A stretch of 64,000 bases of DNA from Vermamoeba vermiformis (lineage: Eukaryota). Location: assembly GCA_045837725.1 (NCBI GenBank), contig JBEWZL010000191.1, positions 1-64,000 of the forward strand, given 5' to 3'. Positions within the stretch are counted from its first letter, which is position 1. The number at the start of each line of letters is the position of its first letter. A program made the translations under genes and the position numbers. The notes under the pieces are model-generated. The model saw nothing but the letters and a program-made list of their open reading frames with translations. It had not been told where the DNA came from and did not search any database. Positions 36,690-50,797 of the stretch are shown piece after piece.

Positions 36690-39600
36690 TTACTTTCCAT
36701 CAGGAGACATTTCAGATTGCTTTCGCTTGCTTCCCCGTTTTCCTGAATCTGGTACTGGAGTCGCTGCCTTGCTCTTAGGAGTTCTCGATTTAGGAGTATT
36801 AGTATTGCTCTTATCAGCACCATCCATAGACTTTCGCCTTGACTTCGCTTTAGGAGTTGAAGTCGTTTCTGCATCCTGATCCATCGCTAGCGAATCGTAC
36901 TCGTGAACGTTATTATCCTTCTTAGTATTATTGCTATTTTCTTCTTTTTCTGCGCTCTTGCTCGATTTTTTAGCGGGCGTAGCATTTTCTTTTTTCTTTT
37001 GCGATCTGCTGCTCTTAGCAGGCGTATCAGCGGCTAAATAAATTGATTAGCATTCTGTCTACTATAGATGTTAATAAACAGATCCTTACGAGTCGTAGGA
37101 ATAACAGCTGGCGCTTGCTTGAAAACTGGATTCTCAAAGAAGTCTCCTCCCAAAAAGTCGTATTGCGGCAAAATGAACTTAGCAGTGCTTGAAACGTTAA
37201 TCTCTTGATCAAGCAACTTAGGTTCGTTGATTCTTGAAAGAAGTTTGTTCATGCTCTGTTCGAAATCCAACGCAAGATCCGCATCCAAATCTCGATTGTA
37301 GTTCTGGCTATCATAATCCTCGCCACTCTTATCCAAATGAGTCTCTTCAGCGCCATTCATGCCATGGTCCTCTTTCTTAGGCAGCAATCGTTCCACGAAT
37401 TTACCGTAAACGATGCTTGGTGTCGGGATCGTGTGCGAAGGTCCCTCGAAGAAGTTGGACAGCTTAGAGTGAGCAACGGCTGAGAATACGACAGGCAAGC
37501 CAACAGGCGGCTTAGTCACAGGAGCCTGATCGATGACCATGGGATCTTCATCACCCACCATCATCAGATCTGAGTAGTCACTCGGGTCTTTAGGAGCACT
37601 GGCCGCAGCAACCGGAGCTACCTCCGGTGAGGGCTCGGCAGTCTGGAACATAGCCTTGCGTCGCAAGTAATCGTCGATTTCTTCGTCGCCGTACAATTGC
37701 TTGTAAATAGTGTCACCTTCAGCCAATGGTTTTTTGTTCTAAAAACAGATCCGTTAGTACGCGCATGAATAAAAAGTTGAGCGATATTACGTACCAAAGT
37801 CAACTGGTAGTTATCAGCTTCAGTTTGAATGTTGCGCAAGCGAGCCTCGTAATCTTCACGACTGAGCTCACGAACAAACTTGAACTCTTGGTTGCCAGTC
37901 AAGTAAATGATCGAGCAAGGGTCAGCCATGAGCTTCGACTTGGTGCTGCTGGCTCTGTCCGCCTTGTGAGGCACGAATCCGATTCCCTTCATGGGCGTGT
38001 TGATGGTCAGCACTGAGACAGGCTTAGGCGAGGCACCTTCGAACAAAAACAATCGGTTTTGATCGTGTTTGTCGTAACCCTTCTCCGAGTCTTCTTCAAC
38101 AAATCCTTTGCTCACTGCAACGAACTTGGGCTTTGTCGGGTGAACAGCGAACAAATCAGTGTCGATGACGTATGACCACCACAAAGACATGCTCAACAGC
38201 TCCCAGACGAAGATTCGTTCAGTCGAGACGGCCACCAAGTACGTGCTCGAGGGCAAGAAGTGGACTTCCTTGATGTACTCGAAGGTCGCAGGGTACACCA
38301 ATGTGTTCAACAACGTGGTTGTTTGAGGGTTCCACAAAGTAATGATCTAAAGAGTATTGTTAGACTTGGTTAGTCAAAAGCGTAGATGTTCGTACGTTTT
38401 CAAAAGCAATGGCCAAGAGAGATCCATCTTGAGAAAAGCTGCAAGCACGCGTGGGCATTTTAGTGCCATCGCGGTTGTTGCGGTAAAAACCGACTGATCG
38501 GCAGTACCACTCCTTAGTGTGACGAGGACCTTTGCCTTCATTAGCGGCAGGGACTTCAGTTCTGTCACGTGCAGCCCAGATCTTGAACTTGCCGTCCCAA
38601 GATGTCGTCACGCACATATCGTGAGCTGGGCTGTAGGCAAGGTGGCTGACTTTTTGTTCGTGAGGGTTGTTGACTTGCGAGTTCAAGTAATATCTGTGAC
38701 ACGTGTCAGAAACTTGATTCATCACAAGTACTCTATTTCACTTACTGTTGTCGCTTAGCATCGTGCACCCAAAATTTGAGCGTTTGTTCTTTAGTCTCAG
38801 GTCGGAAATCAACCTAAAAAGTACCGTGTCAGCGAGGGTATTCGTGAGTATAATACTACGTACAGTGACCATCCATTGACCGCTCGTACTAAAGCACAAA
38901 TTGCTGACGTAAGGGTCCATAATGCTCTTGCTACCAAAGTTTCGAATGGGGTTAGGAGGCAAGATCTCCATGTGTGCAACATGACGGTCTTCAAAAACTT
39001 CAAAGAACTGAAGGTGACCGCCGCTGCCGTTGAATACGAGCTGGTTGCTCATTGGTTCTCGGACCAATCCTGTTCGCAAATATTCTCCCTCTGAACGAAT
39101 AACAAGGATTAGTGATCTGATCGCGGATCGATCATCCAAAATATAAATCAGATAGGTACTGTATATTTAATATTTAACGACGGAATATAATATGTACGTA
39201 CCGTATTTGATTCCTTCAATAGAAACTAGGAGATTTCTGGATCGAGTGCTGATCAGTCGGATCGTGTTATCAGCGCAGCTAACAGCGTAGATGGAGTGAT
39301 CGGGCGTGGTATGAATACCAACGAGACATGATCCAATTCGAGGAATAAAATCTTTCTTTTGTGTAGCCAATTGCCAAATGACGAATACCATCTAGAAAAT
39401 TCAGGGTCAGTAAACAGACCACACAAAAACAATCTTAAAATATACTAGGTAGTATATATAATATGTTAAATATAATCAAGGTAATATATATATATATTAA
39501 GCAATTGTAAAGGAAACAAAAAATGAAGCATCGGATGCGGATCGCTTACTTCTTTACCACCAGAGAACAAGTAGTGGCCTTCAGCATCGAAGGAGAGGGC

Positions 39601-41055
39601 AGTAACGTATTGAGAGTGCCAGTGCAACACGACTGTCTTCGGATCTGACTTGATCATCTTCGTGTTCTCGTCAGACGGATCCTTTACAAAGCAGTACCAA
39701 AGCTTGATCTGACCAAGTTCATCACCGGTAACTACAAAATCTTGCTTCGGGTGCAAAGCAATCGACGTAATTCTGCTACTATTTTTGAAGCTAAATATTG
39801 AAAGAAAATTAGTTAGTTCAAGATCTGAAAAAAATTGGATCGCGCGATCTTACTTGAAGAAACTTTGTGTCTTGGTATCCCAAATGGTAATGCTCTTGCC
39901 GGTTCTAATGACAAAGTGACGGCTATCAGGGGTCACCATGAAGCCCTTGCAGCTCTTAGGTCTGCAAACAGGTTTCAAGCCAACTGGCGGTTCCTTCAAG
40001 TAATTCCAGCAGTACACTCTGAACACAGTGCGCTCGACAAACTCGTCTGATTTAACTTTTTCTGTTTTTCCAGTAAAATAATCCTCGTATTGCGGCAATG
40101 GCAAGCCCTTTGCTGTTGCCTTTCTCATCGCAGAGAAGTACGCGTTCTTTTGCTTCGTGTAATTGGCTTTTCGTTCGTCGTATCTTACAAATTCTAATAA
40201 TACGTTAGATATAACGCTCATAATTAAAATTTTCCTATTCTTACTCTTCAATGTAGTAACCAAGTAGAGTTTGTTCGATTGTTGTGGATCGAAAGCAAAA
40301 TCGATAATAGGGAACGAGAAGTTGAAAGACTATGATAACATGTCGTTAATAATACGTCCTTATTTAGAAATAACTTCAAAAATGCTATTTTCTGAATAAT
40401 GATGGCTTGACAGATCCCGATCGTGCCAAGATCTGGTTTAAAACACTTACTCGAACCAATACGGCATCGTTATAGTCCCATACTTTTACAGTTCCATCGA
40501 GAGAGAATGAAAATAACTATGAATAAAAATAAATTAGCGCGTTGATAGCGATCGAGGTGGATCAGCGCGATAGATCGCTGCCAAAAATTTGCTTATAGCT
40601 AAATCGCCAAGCTCACGACATACAATCGCGTAATAATTCAATGTAAGGCAGTTTCTTACGTAAATAAAATTTTCTGAGGTCGCGATAAAAACGTTCGATC
40701 TGGATTTGCTATCTAAAGCTTTATGAACTTACCTGAAACTGGTTCATAGGATTAATAGCAACACCAACCACTTTGTCAGTGTGTCCTTTCAAAAATCTCA
40801 TTTGTTCGCCTGTAGTAACGCTGAACATCTTCACCACCGATCCGCAGCACGAGAACAAGTACCTAAAATAATATATTTTGATCAATATCGAGTAATACGT
40901 GCATATGCCAATCGTATATAATGCATATGGAAGTATAGGGCATTGCTGTAATTTTAATAATTTTTTGGAGATCGTTATTACTTTGAATCCTTGGTGAAAA
41001 CGATCGGCTTGGTCGTTAAAAATCCTCCTGTAGTCTTTGTTTCCCTCCACTCCAT
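36690..41055 (-). CDS. WDR75: WD-repeat SSU processome t-UTP subunit (WDR75/UTP17/NAN1)
   Basis: MEWRETKTTGG..PIVFTKDSKYLF, LHWHSQYV..SGGKE, KKDFIPRIG, GHLQFF, FSQDGSLLAIAF and VWELLSMSLWWS; Lys/Ser-rich tail ending at 36690. Confidence 0.9.
38697..38708. repeat. Intronic palindrome TGACACGTGTCA
   Basis: Read directly; abuts the 3' splice site of a WDR75 intron. Confidence 0.6.
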
Positions 41056-41698
41056 TTTTTACATGAAATATAAACAAATTGGTGGCTAATCTGAATCTGA
41101 TCGACGATGGGATTCGGTCGTTCACACAACTTTCCCAAAAAGAACAAAATGAATAAGCCTTCGAAGTGCGTTTGTGGTCGCTCTTATCCAAACAGTTGTG
41201 CAGATCGCCTGGTTCGCTTGACAGGCCTAGTTTTGCCTATCAAATTTTTTTGGTCCGACCAAAACGGCAAAAAAATACAGTCAAATTTTCCATCTTATCT
41301 CAGCGGGCTTTTTCTATTCGAAAACGGTCACCCAGCCAAGTTTTATTGACCCTATTTTTTTGGTGGCTGTACCTTGCACAATTTTTTCGGAGTTGGCCAA
41401 TTGATAGTCCTGTGTTAAATGGCTGAAGGTAAGTCAGTGTGACGGATCTATCATGAGGGGCACGAGCCAGATCTCTGCTGTGTAAAATGTTTCGGGTCTA
41501 CAACTACCGGATCCGATACGGCACAGTACGATAAAAAATACTAAAAATACATACAAATGTATAGCTGCTCTGCATGTTATTAAATACGACTAGATCCGCA
41601 TCTATCTGGTTGATCGACTACAACACGTCACTAACTATGCATTTAATCTCGATATAGTTATCAACGAGAGAAACCACCATCTATTAAACAACAACGGA

Positions 41699-44131
41699 AT
41701 GAATATAGCGCACCTTCAACACGTTGACGCGATCAGCAATGGATACAATAATGCTCACTTCGTGCAAATGTCGTATGATAACCAAGCGGCTTATGAAGAT
41801 AGTGGTGATGTAGAGCAAGACGGAAACGTGCCATTATCATCCAAGGGCGAGCCAAAAGGCCCTCCACAAGCTTGTTTATTCGTTGCCTCTTTGGCCCCTG
41901 AAACAGATGAAGATAAATTAAAAGATCAATTCGCTGCTTTCGGTCAGGTATGCACGATTATAACAATTCTAACGCGATTGATGGATATAGAAATTATAAC
42001 ACAATTTTTTCAACAATACATCCAGCTCAAATTTTTTCCGCTCGATCAGCGACTAATCTCATATTGTTTGCGCTTTCCTATGCACCGCATTGGTTTATGG
42101 TGCAATTTATATTGTTAACTGCATGCATTAATTGCAAAAAGATATTTTGCAACGGACTTTCCCTATTTGTCGTCAGTTTGATAAATATCGATCTCCATTT
42201 ATTTTTACGTGCAATAGTATTATTTGAATGTAACAAGAACTTTTTTCTCGCGCTAAACAGATTTTGTGCCTCTTTTTAATATTATTGACTTTTTCATTAA
42301 TTTCTTGGCTTGTAGGTTCTCAAAGTCAAGCTATTGAAGGACAAGTCTTCAAGACCTTATGCTTTTGTACAATTTCAGGTATTTTTCTCGTATTTTTTTG
42401 CGATGTACACTAATTTTTTGCGATCGGATCTAGAACATTGAGGACGCTGACAGTGCGCTACAAGCTCCCAATGGACACATAGTAGATGGTAGAAAGCTTA
42501 GAGTTGAGAGGGCTAAGGTGAACAGAACTCTATTCTTGGCCAAGCTTAGCAGGACAATGTCTAACCAAGTACGTAAAATGACGGATCTGATCTGAGTCGA
42601 GTTTGCTCACAAAGTTTAGGAACTGAGGAATGTTACCGAGGAATATGGACCAGTAGAAAATGTTACAATTATTAAGAATCACCAAACAAATAAGAGCAAA
42701 GGATGCGGCTTCGTCAAGTTTGTGTTCCGAGAGGATGCGATGGATGCTTTCAACGTACGAGAATCAAAGAGAATTTATATATATCTAGCGGCATATCATG
42801 CCTAATATTTTTTTATAGGGCCTCAAGAGCAAGATGAAGAAGTGGGTTGTTGAATGGGCAACATCTGCCAACGATCCCGACATGCTCGGCGTCGACAAAT
42901 GCTCTGTGTTTGTTGGTGGGCTTAATCCAAACTCCGTTACAAGGTACGCGTTTTTGAACCTTCGAAATATGTTGATGATATAGAAAGAGCGGCGGCTGAT
43001 TACCCATATTAGGGAAAACCTGGAACAAAAGTTTGCGCAATATGGCAAGCTTGAAACTGTCACTTTAATCAATCCTTTGTCCGCTACCGGAAAAAGTGAC
43101 GTAGTCTCGGAAGATCCCGTGCAAGAGAAGGCCGATCCAAAATCAGAAGCCACTGACAGCCCCATCCAACCTGCCACCGAAGAATCCAATGAAGCTACCG
43201 ATAAAGCCACCACCGAAAACTCCACTAAGACTAAGAAGACGACAGGTACGTAGCATAAAATAACGCCTATTACAGCACTGACACGAGATCCAGCTGAACG
43301 AACCGCTTTTGCCTTTTTACGGTTTATTGACCCTGTCGCAGCTGCTACTGCCATCGAAAACGAAGTAAGTATATTCTTTTACGACATAAATAATACTAAC
43401 AACTTAATAGAACGGATCTGAATGGTTAGAGAGACGCATCCGAGTCCAATACTGCGAGACCCCCGAAATGAAGTACCGCAAGCGAATGAACAAATATTTG
43501 ATGAATTATGTTGGCCCCATGAACCAGCCTTATTATGTTTACAATCCACAAATGCCCAATGCGATGTATATGGTACGTACAATGATCACGTGCTCGACTT
43601 CCTTATTTGGAAATCAGGTCCCTGCTGTTAACTTCGCGTACAATCCTCCTACTCCAGCGTTCCCCGCGCCACAAAATGCTGGCCCAGCTGTTCCTCCTCA
43701 AGCTCCGAGTGTACCTACCCCTGCTCCTGCAGCTTACAAATTCCCAACTTATCCCAGTACGTCGTTACACAATCCGCATCCGCGACTTCAAAGTATTAAC
43801 AGAGTTTGTTTAGCTACTCCTTACACAAATACTTACAACACTCAAGTCGGTTGGCAATATCCCTATTGGATGTACCAACAATACTACGCTTACGCTGCCC
43901 TTCAAGCGCAGGTACGGATCCGATCCGAAACACGTGTCTTTCCGACGCTTACATTAACTTATTTATTATTAGGCTGCCGAGGGATCGCCCGATGCTACTC
44001 CTATGCCCCTTGATCACCACCAACAAATGAATTATTTTGCTCAAGCCAATGGCGCTGATGAAAGACAAATGAACACATTGACTGAAGCTTTAAACAATGT
44101 TAACATCAATGCACAGCCGAGAACGTTCTAA
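41699..44131 (+). CDS. Multi-RRM RNA-binding protein, Rim4/Msa1-like, with a Tyr/Asn/Gln/Pro-rich C-terminal low-complexity region
   Basis: Spliced PQACLFVASL..VKLLKDKSSRPYAFVQF..LRVERAKVNRTLF, KGCGFVKF..VEWA and DKCSVFVGGL..AFAFLRF. Confidence 0.82.
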
Positions 44132-44813
44132 CAAAAGCGAAATACTAAAATAAATAACTAATCTCAAAAAGAGATTAGTTTGCGGAACGAGACGTCTGAT
44201 CTACTACGGAAAAAACCACGAAGATCACAAAGATTGAAAATTGCTGATGTCAGGTTAATCTCCGTAGCTATGTACTTTCATACCGCCGCGGCAAGGCAGA
44301 TGTGGATCGGGTCTTTTCCTGATATGGAAAAAACAATTTTGAAGCAGGAAATCACTTTACAGTATTTTAAGAGCATCTATAATACGTTTTTTCGTTCTCA
44401 CGAGGGAATTGAATTCGGTACAAATTCCAGCTCTGATCCCGCTATTTTTAGACAAATTTATGAAATTGCGAAGTATGAGGATCAAACGAGTCACTCATAT
44501 TATAATCATGTATGCTTAGGTGATCATTGTTGTTGGTGAGTCAGTTCAGAATTCGTCACGTGGTTTTCGTCTGAACGTCAAAAACTTATTTTTATTTTAT
44601 GCGCTATTGTGCGTTATTTTATCCACGAATTCGTACTGTCCATCAAACAAATATCGAGGATAATTATTAAAATTTATTTATTTGTTTTCAGAGGACCTGC
44701 CCACAAATCTGGTCTTTTGGACTACCATTAATTTGATTCTTAGAGATCCAAAAGAATAAATCACGAGCATAATAGCATAAATGTCATTTTATTGCTAGTA
44801 TTGGATAATTATT

Positions 44814-47800
44814 ATGGATACACAAGTGGAGATTTTAGACCATTCAAAATCTACAAAACGAGATGAAGTAAATCCGTTTGCTAATGGAGAATCAAAAAAT
44901 ACCAAGTAAGAATAACATATTTACACTAATTTAACAAATAATATTACCGAGCCGGATTTATTATAATTCAATTAAATTGGATCGGTTCGAGATCTTTTAC
45001 TACAAGATCGGCAAAATTTGTTAACGCAATATACAACATTAATAGCATAAAAATCGATCCATATTCACGATCATTAATAGTTTTATCATGATGCGCATAT
45101 TATAAAGCGAATCGTTTGCAGTTTTTAAAGTTATGAAATTTCAAACCGATTAATACGTTTTACGGTAGCCTTTAATCAATTAAATATTTATATATTACTA
45201 TACGTATTCTTTAAGATCGATACCGGGTATTAAAGGCTATTTTTTTTAAAATAAAATGAATTGCAATTCAATACACGAAAATTTCAGTTCCAATAATGAT
45301 TACAATTTTTAAATTCGGCATTACGATATGTAATTTTATAATACTATATTTGCCCTATAATATACTAACCGAATCATTAATACAGAAAATCCTCCAAGAC
45401 AACAACGAAAAAACGGAACACAAAAAAATCAGATGCGGAGACTACGGACAACGGAAATTCAGAACATTCCCCTCAAGCAACTACAAGCAGCAGTTCTAAA
45501 AAAAGGAAAGGCAGTACAGTAGAAAACCACGTGGTCAAAAAGCAAAAGACCAAAAATGGAAATGACCATTCAGTGAACGAGTCGGGAGATGACGACGTGA
45601 TCACAAATGGTGACAGCAATGCGCCTTCATCTCCTAGAGCATCGGAACGTGAAGCTGCATCAGAAATTGATGAAAGTTCTACAGTTTCGGTTAACGAGAA
45701 AAAGAAATCCACATCCAAAACCAAGTCGAGCTCCAAGCAGGCAGAGAATCATCGTATCGTCGATGAAAGTTCAAATATGACCAATCACACGGAAGATGAA
45801 GAAGCAATCGATATTGAGGGGACAGATCCGCCTGTCAAACCCTCGTCCAAGAAAAAGAAGCCGGCGACTACTTCCTCTTCGAAGAAAAAGTCAACAACAA
45901 CGGCCAAATCGTCCTCTTCGTCCTCAAAGAAGAAGAAATCGAGCTCAAGCAAGACTAAGAACGAAGAAGAACGTATTGATATTGATGAAGTGTCAAAATC
46001 TGAAACGGATCTAAATTCAAGTCCGTTGAAGGAAGAGCCGAAACATAGCGATAAATCGACCAATCACGTCAAAGACGAGCCGAGCACTAACGGCAATGAT
46101 GAAGCAGATGCCAAGAGCGAGCGAGACGACAAGTCAGACATCATTGAAGTGAAGCTGAACGACGAGCCAATTACCGTTGATGAAGCGGAGAAAGACGTTA
46201 AAGCCGAAGACGAGGACAGTAGCAAAAGAATTGTCATTAACGACGGATCCACTGATGATAACAGCAATGCCAATGAAGCCAAGAATAGCGACGATGATAT
46301 TGCGTTAATGGAAATTGATGACCCTGAACCGACCAATCACAGCTGCAATGCAAATCACGTGGATGAGAAAGACAGCGCGATAGATGATATTAAAAGTAAT
46401 TCTGATAGTAATAATCATGTTCTTACCGTTCCAGTCAGTATCCGATCTGAAGAACAAAAACAAAAAGAAGTATACTACGAAGACTAAGACGAAAAAAGCA
46501 TCGACAAAGAAGAATTCAAAATCTGGCGGAAGAAACTCCGACGAACATAAGAGTGAAGGGTATCTTGTGGATTCCGATTTGGACTCAGAGTATTTAGTAC
46601 CTTTTAAAACGTTTTAATTCCTTACCTTTTTGTAGATCCTCTCCTGAACGAATCGAACAAAAGCAACAAGAGCTTGAAAAGTTGAAAAAATACAAAGAAG
46701 CAATGCACAATTTTAATGACCAGGCCAAGACGAATCCGTTTTGTGTCACAGTTTTATCCGTTTTTGTGGAAGTTATGGATGAACTGTGCTTAGAGATTTG
46801 TCAAGAATTACACCGAAAAATCAAAACAGGCAACTTTTGTGTCAATTGCGATGGTAATGGTGGTACGTATACTTTTATGGAAATTTTGAAAATGAAGCAC
46901 GGAGTTTACTGATTTGACTATGATTTAGATTCGAAGGTAGAGTCTAGTGATGGTGAAAAACGACTGAAAGATAAAATTCCGTTCGTTAAATGCGATGCTG
47001 GATGTGGTCGAACAGTCGCTGCTACACGTTACGCGCCGCATCTGGAAAAATGTTTGGGACTTGGCAAGTCACGTAACAGGCGGTAAGTATTCTCATAATA
47101 CATGATATATTATCTATACTTATGTTATAATAGGCGGCCTGTTGCATTGGAAGTTGGTGTTCCGATAAAGCCGACGCGTAAGTTAGCGGATCTGGAACGA
47201 AGTTTAGTGCAGCTTGCTAACGGTTAAAATTATAGAATACTTCGATGATGAGGAGCTAGATGATGGTCAAGATGGAAATTACGAAGGTTTTGGTATGTGT
47301 TCAGATCTGAAGTGCTCGCAAACTCACTTGTCACAGGTACTCCGGATCCCAAGAAAAACAAAGTTAAGCCTCCAAGCAAGAGCAATACCAAGGCAGTCAG
47401 TTCATCGCCCCCAGCCCCAGTCACTGTAAAATCAACAGACTTGCCTCTCAACACTGTACGTAGTTTGAATGTCCTAGATCTGCTTGATCAGGATCTAACT
47501 TTATTTCAGAATCCTAAGAAGCCTTTGCCTAAGATGAAGCAAGTACGTATCATCATATAAATATGTAACGATAGACATTAATAATCGGCTTTTTGCAGAT
47601 GAATATTCAAGCGTACATGGATTCACTACGAAGGAAACCGCGTGGTCATTTAGAAAAGATACTAAAAACAGTACGTACATGTAGTGGTGTATAATATGCG
47701 TATTTAATATAGGAGCTAACAATTATATGATTATAGAAATGCGGCGTTATCTCTGTAAAAACTGGCAAAATGTGCACGAAGAGTCTACGGTGCCCGCAGC

Positions 47801-48023
47801 ATAATGATGAAATGCGCGCTCAAATCCGTTCTGTGCTGTTAGGTAGGATATTTTTTATCAATTTTATTTCGTTTGTCGGAGCTAACATGCCCCATCTACC
47901 GTAGATCCGGACTTCGCAACGGGATCTGATGTTAACTCGTCTGATATGGACATGATGGACATAACTAATGAAAATTCAAATGATAACGATGATGTAGATG
48001 ATGTAGAGTTCACGGACGATTAA
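44814..48023 (+). CDS. SAGA DUB-module subunit Sgf11/ATXN7L3-like with a long charged N-terminal extension
   Basis: Sgf11 zinc finger CDAGCGRTVAATRYAPHLEKCLGLG; SCA7-type CGVISVKTGKMCTKSLRCPQH; helix EVMDELCLEICQELHRKIK. Confidence 0.85.
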
Positions 48024-48338
48024 CAAGTAATGTAACGCGGATGTGATGAAAAACACTAATGAAACAAAAAATGAAATAAAGCTTTGTACATAGTTTCGAA
48101 CTACATATTGATCTTATATGGTCATATTTCAGCTATTTATTCCTTTGTCCTCCCATTTTCAAGTTCTCGGAGGTAAAAGAAGATCCTTTCGAATTTTCGT
48201 GCTTTCGTTACGAAAAAAAACCACGCAAGAAGTTGGTTTCTTATTTTTATTCTGTATATAAAGCACAACATACGTGCGATTTTGTTTATATTTGTATTTC
48301 GAGCGGAGATGAGCCAGTAGACGAAAAGAATAGTGTAA

Positions 48339-49863
48339 ATGATAGATCGGATTAAGAAGTTAGTCAAATCCAAAAATGTTGGCATCAGCGCAGCTTTATT
48401 TTTATCAGCAGCCTTAGTATTAGTAGTATTCCCTCGATCGGAATTATTCAGCAAAGTGTTAGCTTTGATAGTGGATTTAGGACCAGTATGGGGCTCTCTG
48501 CTTTACATTGTATTATATATTTTCTTTATGGTCTGTTTATTGCCTGTAGCATTATTATGCATTGTTGGAGGCTTTATGAATGGAATTCTTGTTGGAACGT
48601 TACTTTCGTGGATCGGCGCTTCGGTTGGTGCAGTCTGCTGTTTCTTTTTAGGCCGAAAAGGTAATAGTAGCAATATATATATTATTTACTCTAATATGCC
48701 GAATTAATTAATTTACTTAAATAATTACAATTTAGACAATCTTTTTTTGATCAAGATTTTTACATTGCTCTTTAGGTAAAATCTGCATTATATAGTGCCC
48801 TATAATATTATTCGATGCGTATTGATTAATAAGTTGATCGTATTAATTAAATTTGCTTAGTGATTGCGAGATCAACGATCGAAACTTTTGCTTCGGCTTA
48901 TCCAATTTTGGCTGCGACATTAAGCGCGATCTCAAATCATGATGGATGGAAAATGGTAATTATAAATATATTATACCGAGCATTACTTTATCGATCGTAT
49001 CAAAACCTCGTGCGATCGAAAAATTATTTAACGAGACACATCCGTCAAACCATTTTTCGTGCATAATATATATTAATATTACCATATTAGGTATTGCTAT
49101 TAAGGTTATCGCCTTTGACGCCGTATGCTGTCTTGAGTTATTTATTATCGACAACCAAAATACGTAAGTTACCAAGCGCCCCCTGATTTACTAAACAATT
49201 TTATCAATTTTATTCTTAGAATAATTTATTATAATTTTTTTATTCGTTTAGAGCGTACTGGATAGTTCAGATCCTAATTTTTTATTTTTAGAGTTTAAGA
49301 CGTACATCACGTGGTCGTCATTAGGAGTCATTCCTGGATTATTTTTATATGCCTATTTAGGCACTGCCGCAAAGAGCTTTTCAGGTACGCAATTTTTTTC
49401 TTGGCCAGATCCAGCAAACTTTAAAAAAGATAATATCTCCTTTTTTGTTCCTATTATCCTAATCGCTTATTTAATACGATTAATATCACTACGGAGATAT
49501 TATATGCAATTTAAATATTAAATGGATTTATTAGATTATTTTTGTTAATTTTTTCTGACGGATCTGTTCTTTTTAGAAATTTTCTCTGGCAAGAACGATG
49601 ATGCAACGAAGACAGTAGTATTATCAGTATCATTAGTGATTACTATAGCCGTAGTCGTAGTGTTGAGTGTAGTCGCATCACGTGCTATTAAGAAGGAAAT
49701 GAAAAAGCCGAAAGAGACTGGCGGAATTTTGTTGGATCCGAGCGTAGAATTGAATCAATTGGCTGAATCGAAGTTAGGCGATAGTAATAGCGAGAGTGGT
49801 ATCGATAATGAAAGGCAGTATAATAACGACAAACCTCTGTTAATAGATCCGCAACAAGTGTGA
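48339..49863 (+). CDS. TVP38/TMEM64 (VTT/DedA, SNARE_assoc) family membrane protein
   Basis: GGFMNGILVG..GASVGAVCCFFLGR, GWKMVLLLRLSPLTPYAVLSY and IPGLFLYAYLG. Confidence 0.9.
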
Positions 49864-50097
49864 AAAAAAATTTGTTCAATAAAATATCAAACAATAACCA
49901 ACGTTCGTATGAGAGGACAATACACGTATCGACCTGCTTAAGATCATTACCAAATAAGGACGTTATTGCCTTTTATGGTAGATTGAAAAATGCTCGTGAA
50001 AATTAGAGGTCGAACAAATGAAATTTATTTTTCTTTCTACACGAACGATTCTACACTAATAGCACCAATAGTTATATAATAGTATATTTAATTAATT

Positions 50098-50631
50098 ATG
50101 GAGCTATTTGTTAAGACGCAAACGGGCAAGACTTTGTATGTTGAATTGGAACCTAATAGTACTCTCGTCGATCTCAAAGAAAAGGTACGTAAAATAACGA
50201 AAAAAAGTATTAAAATTATTCATACAATAGCGAGCTTATTGCTAATGTTTTAACCGTAGATCTTGGACAAAGAAGGTGTTCCAATGTACCAACAGACTTA
50301 TATGTTCGCAGGACGACAATTATTTGCAGGAAAAACACTTGCCGAACAAGGAGTTCAAAACGGATCCAATTTACAAATTGTTCATCGGTTAAGATCTGAC
50401 GAGCCGGTAGCGATTAGGCTAAAAAAAGAAGAGGGAAGCTTGACTGACGAATATAAAGCTCAATTTTCTCTTACTATACCAGAATTTAAGAAGATGATTG
50501 GAGAAAAAGAAGGAGTTTCCTCGGATAAAGTAATTTTGAAATTGCAAGACCGCGTGATCTTGGATGAAAGTTTTGTAGGCGATTATTATCCGAATACTGT
50601 AGGCTATTTAAGTTTATTGATAGATAAGTAA
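50098..50631 (+). CDS. Tandem ubiquitin-like domain protein without a C-terminal diglycine
   Basis: MELFVKTQTGKTLYVELEP..ILDKEGVP..FAGRQL..GKTLAE..LQIVHRLR, followed by a second degenerate Ubl (FKKMIGEKEGV..IL..VGDY). Confidence 0.8.
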
Positions 50632-50797
50632 ACTGTTCTGCTATTAATAGAGATTCAACTCGAGATTTATTCGGTCTTTTCAACGACCAAAAATTACACG
50701 TCCTTCTCGGTCTTTAAAAAATTATTATTAAGCATAAACACGATACAATAAGTATATGTAGTAGGCATTCGCTGAACCAAGTTGTAAATAATCGCAG

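Noticed and set aside
44180-44539. 119-aa ORF between the RRM and Sgf11 genes
   Set aside because: Non-ATG start, begins in the presumed 3' UTR, no recognisable domain.
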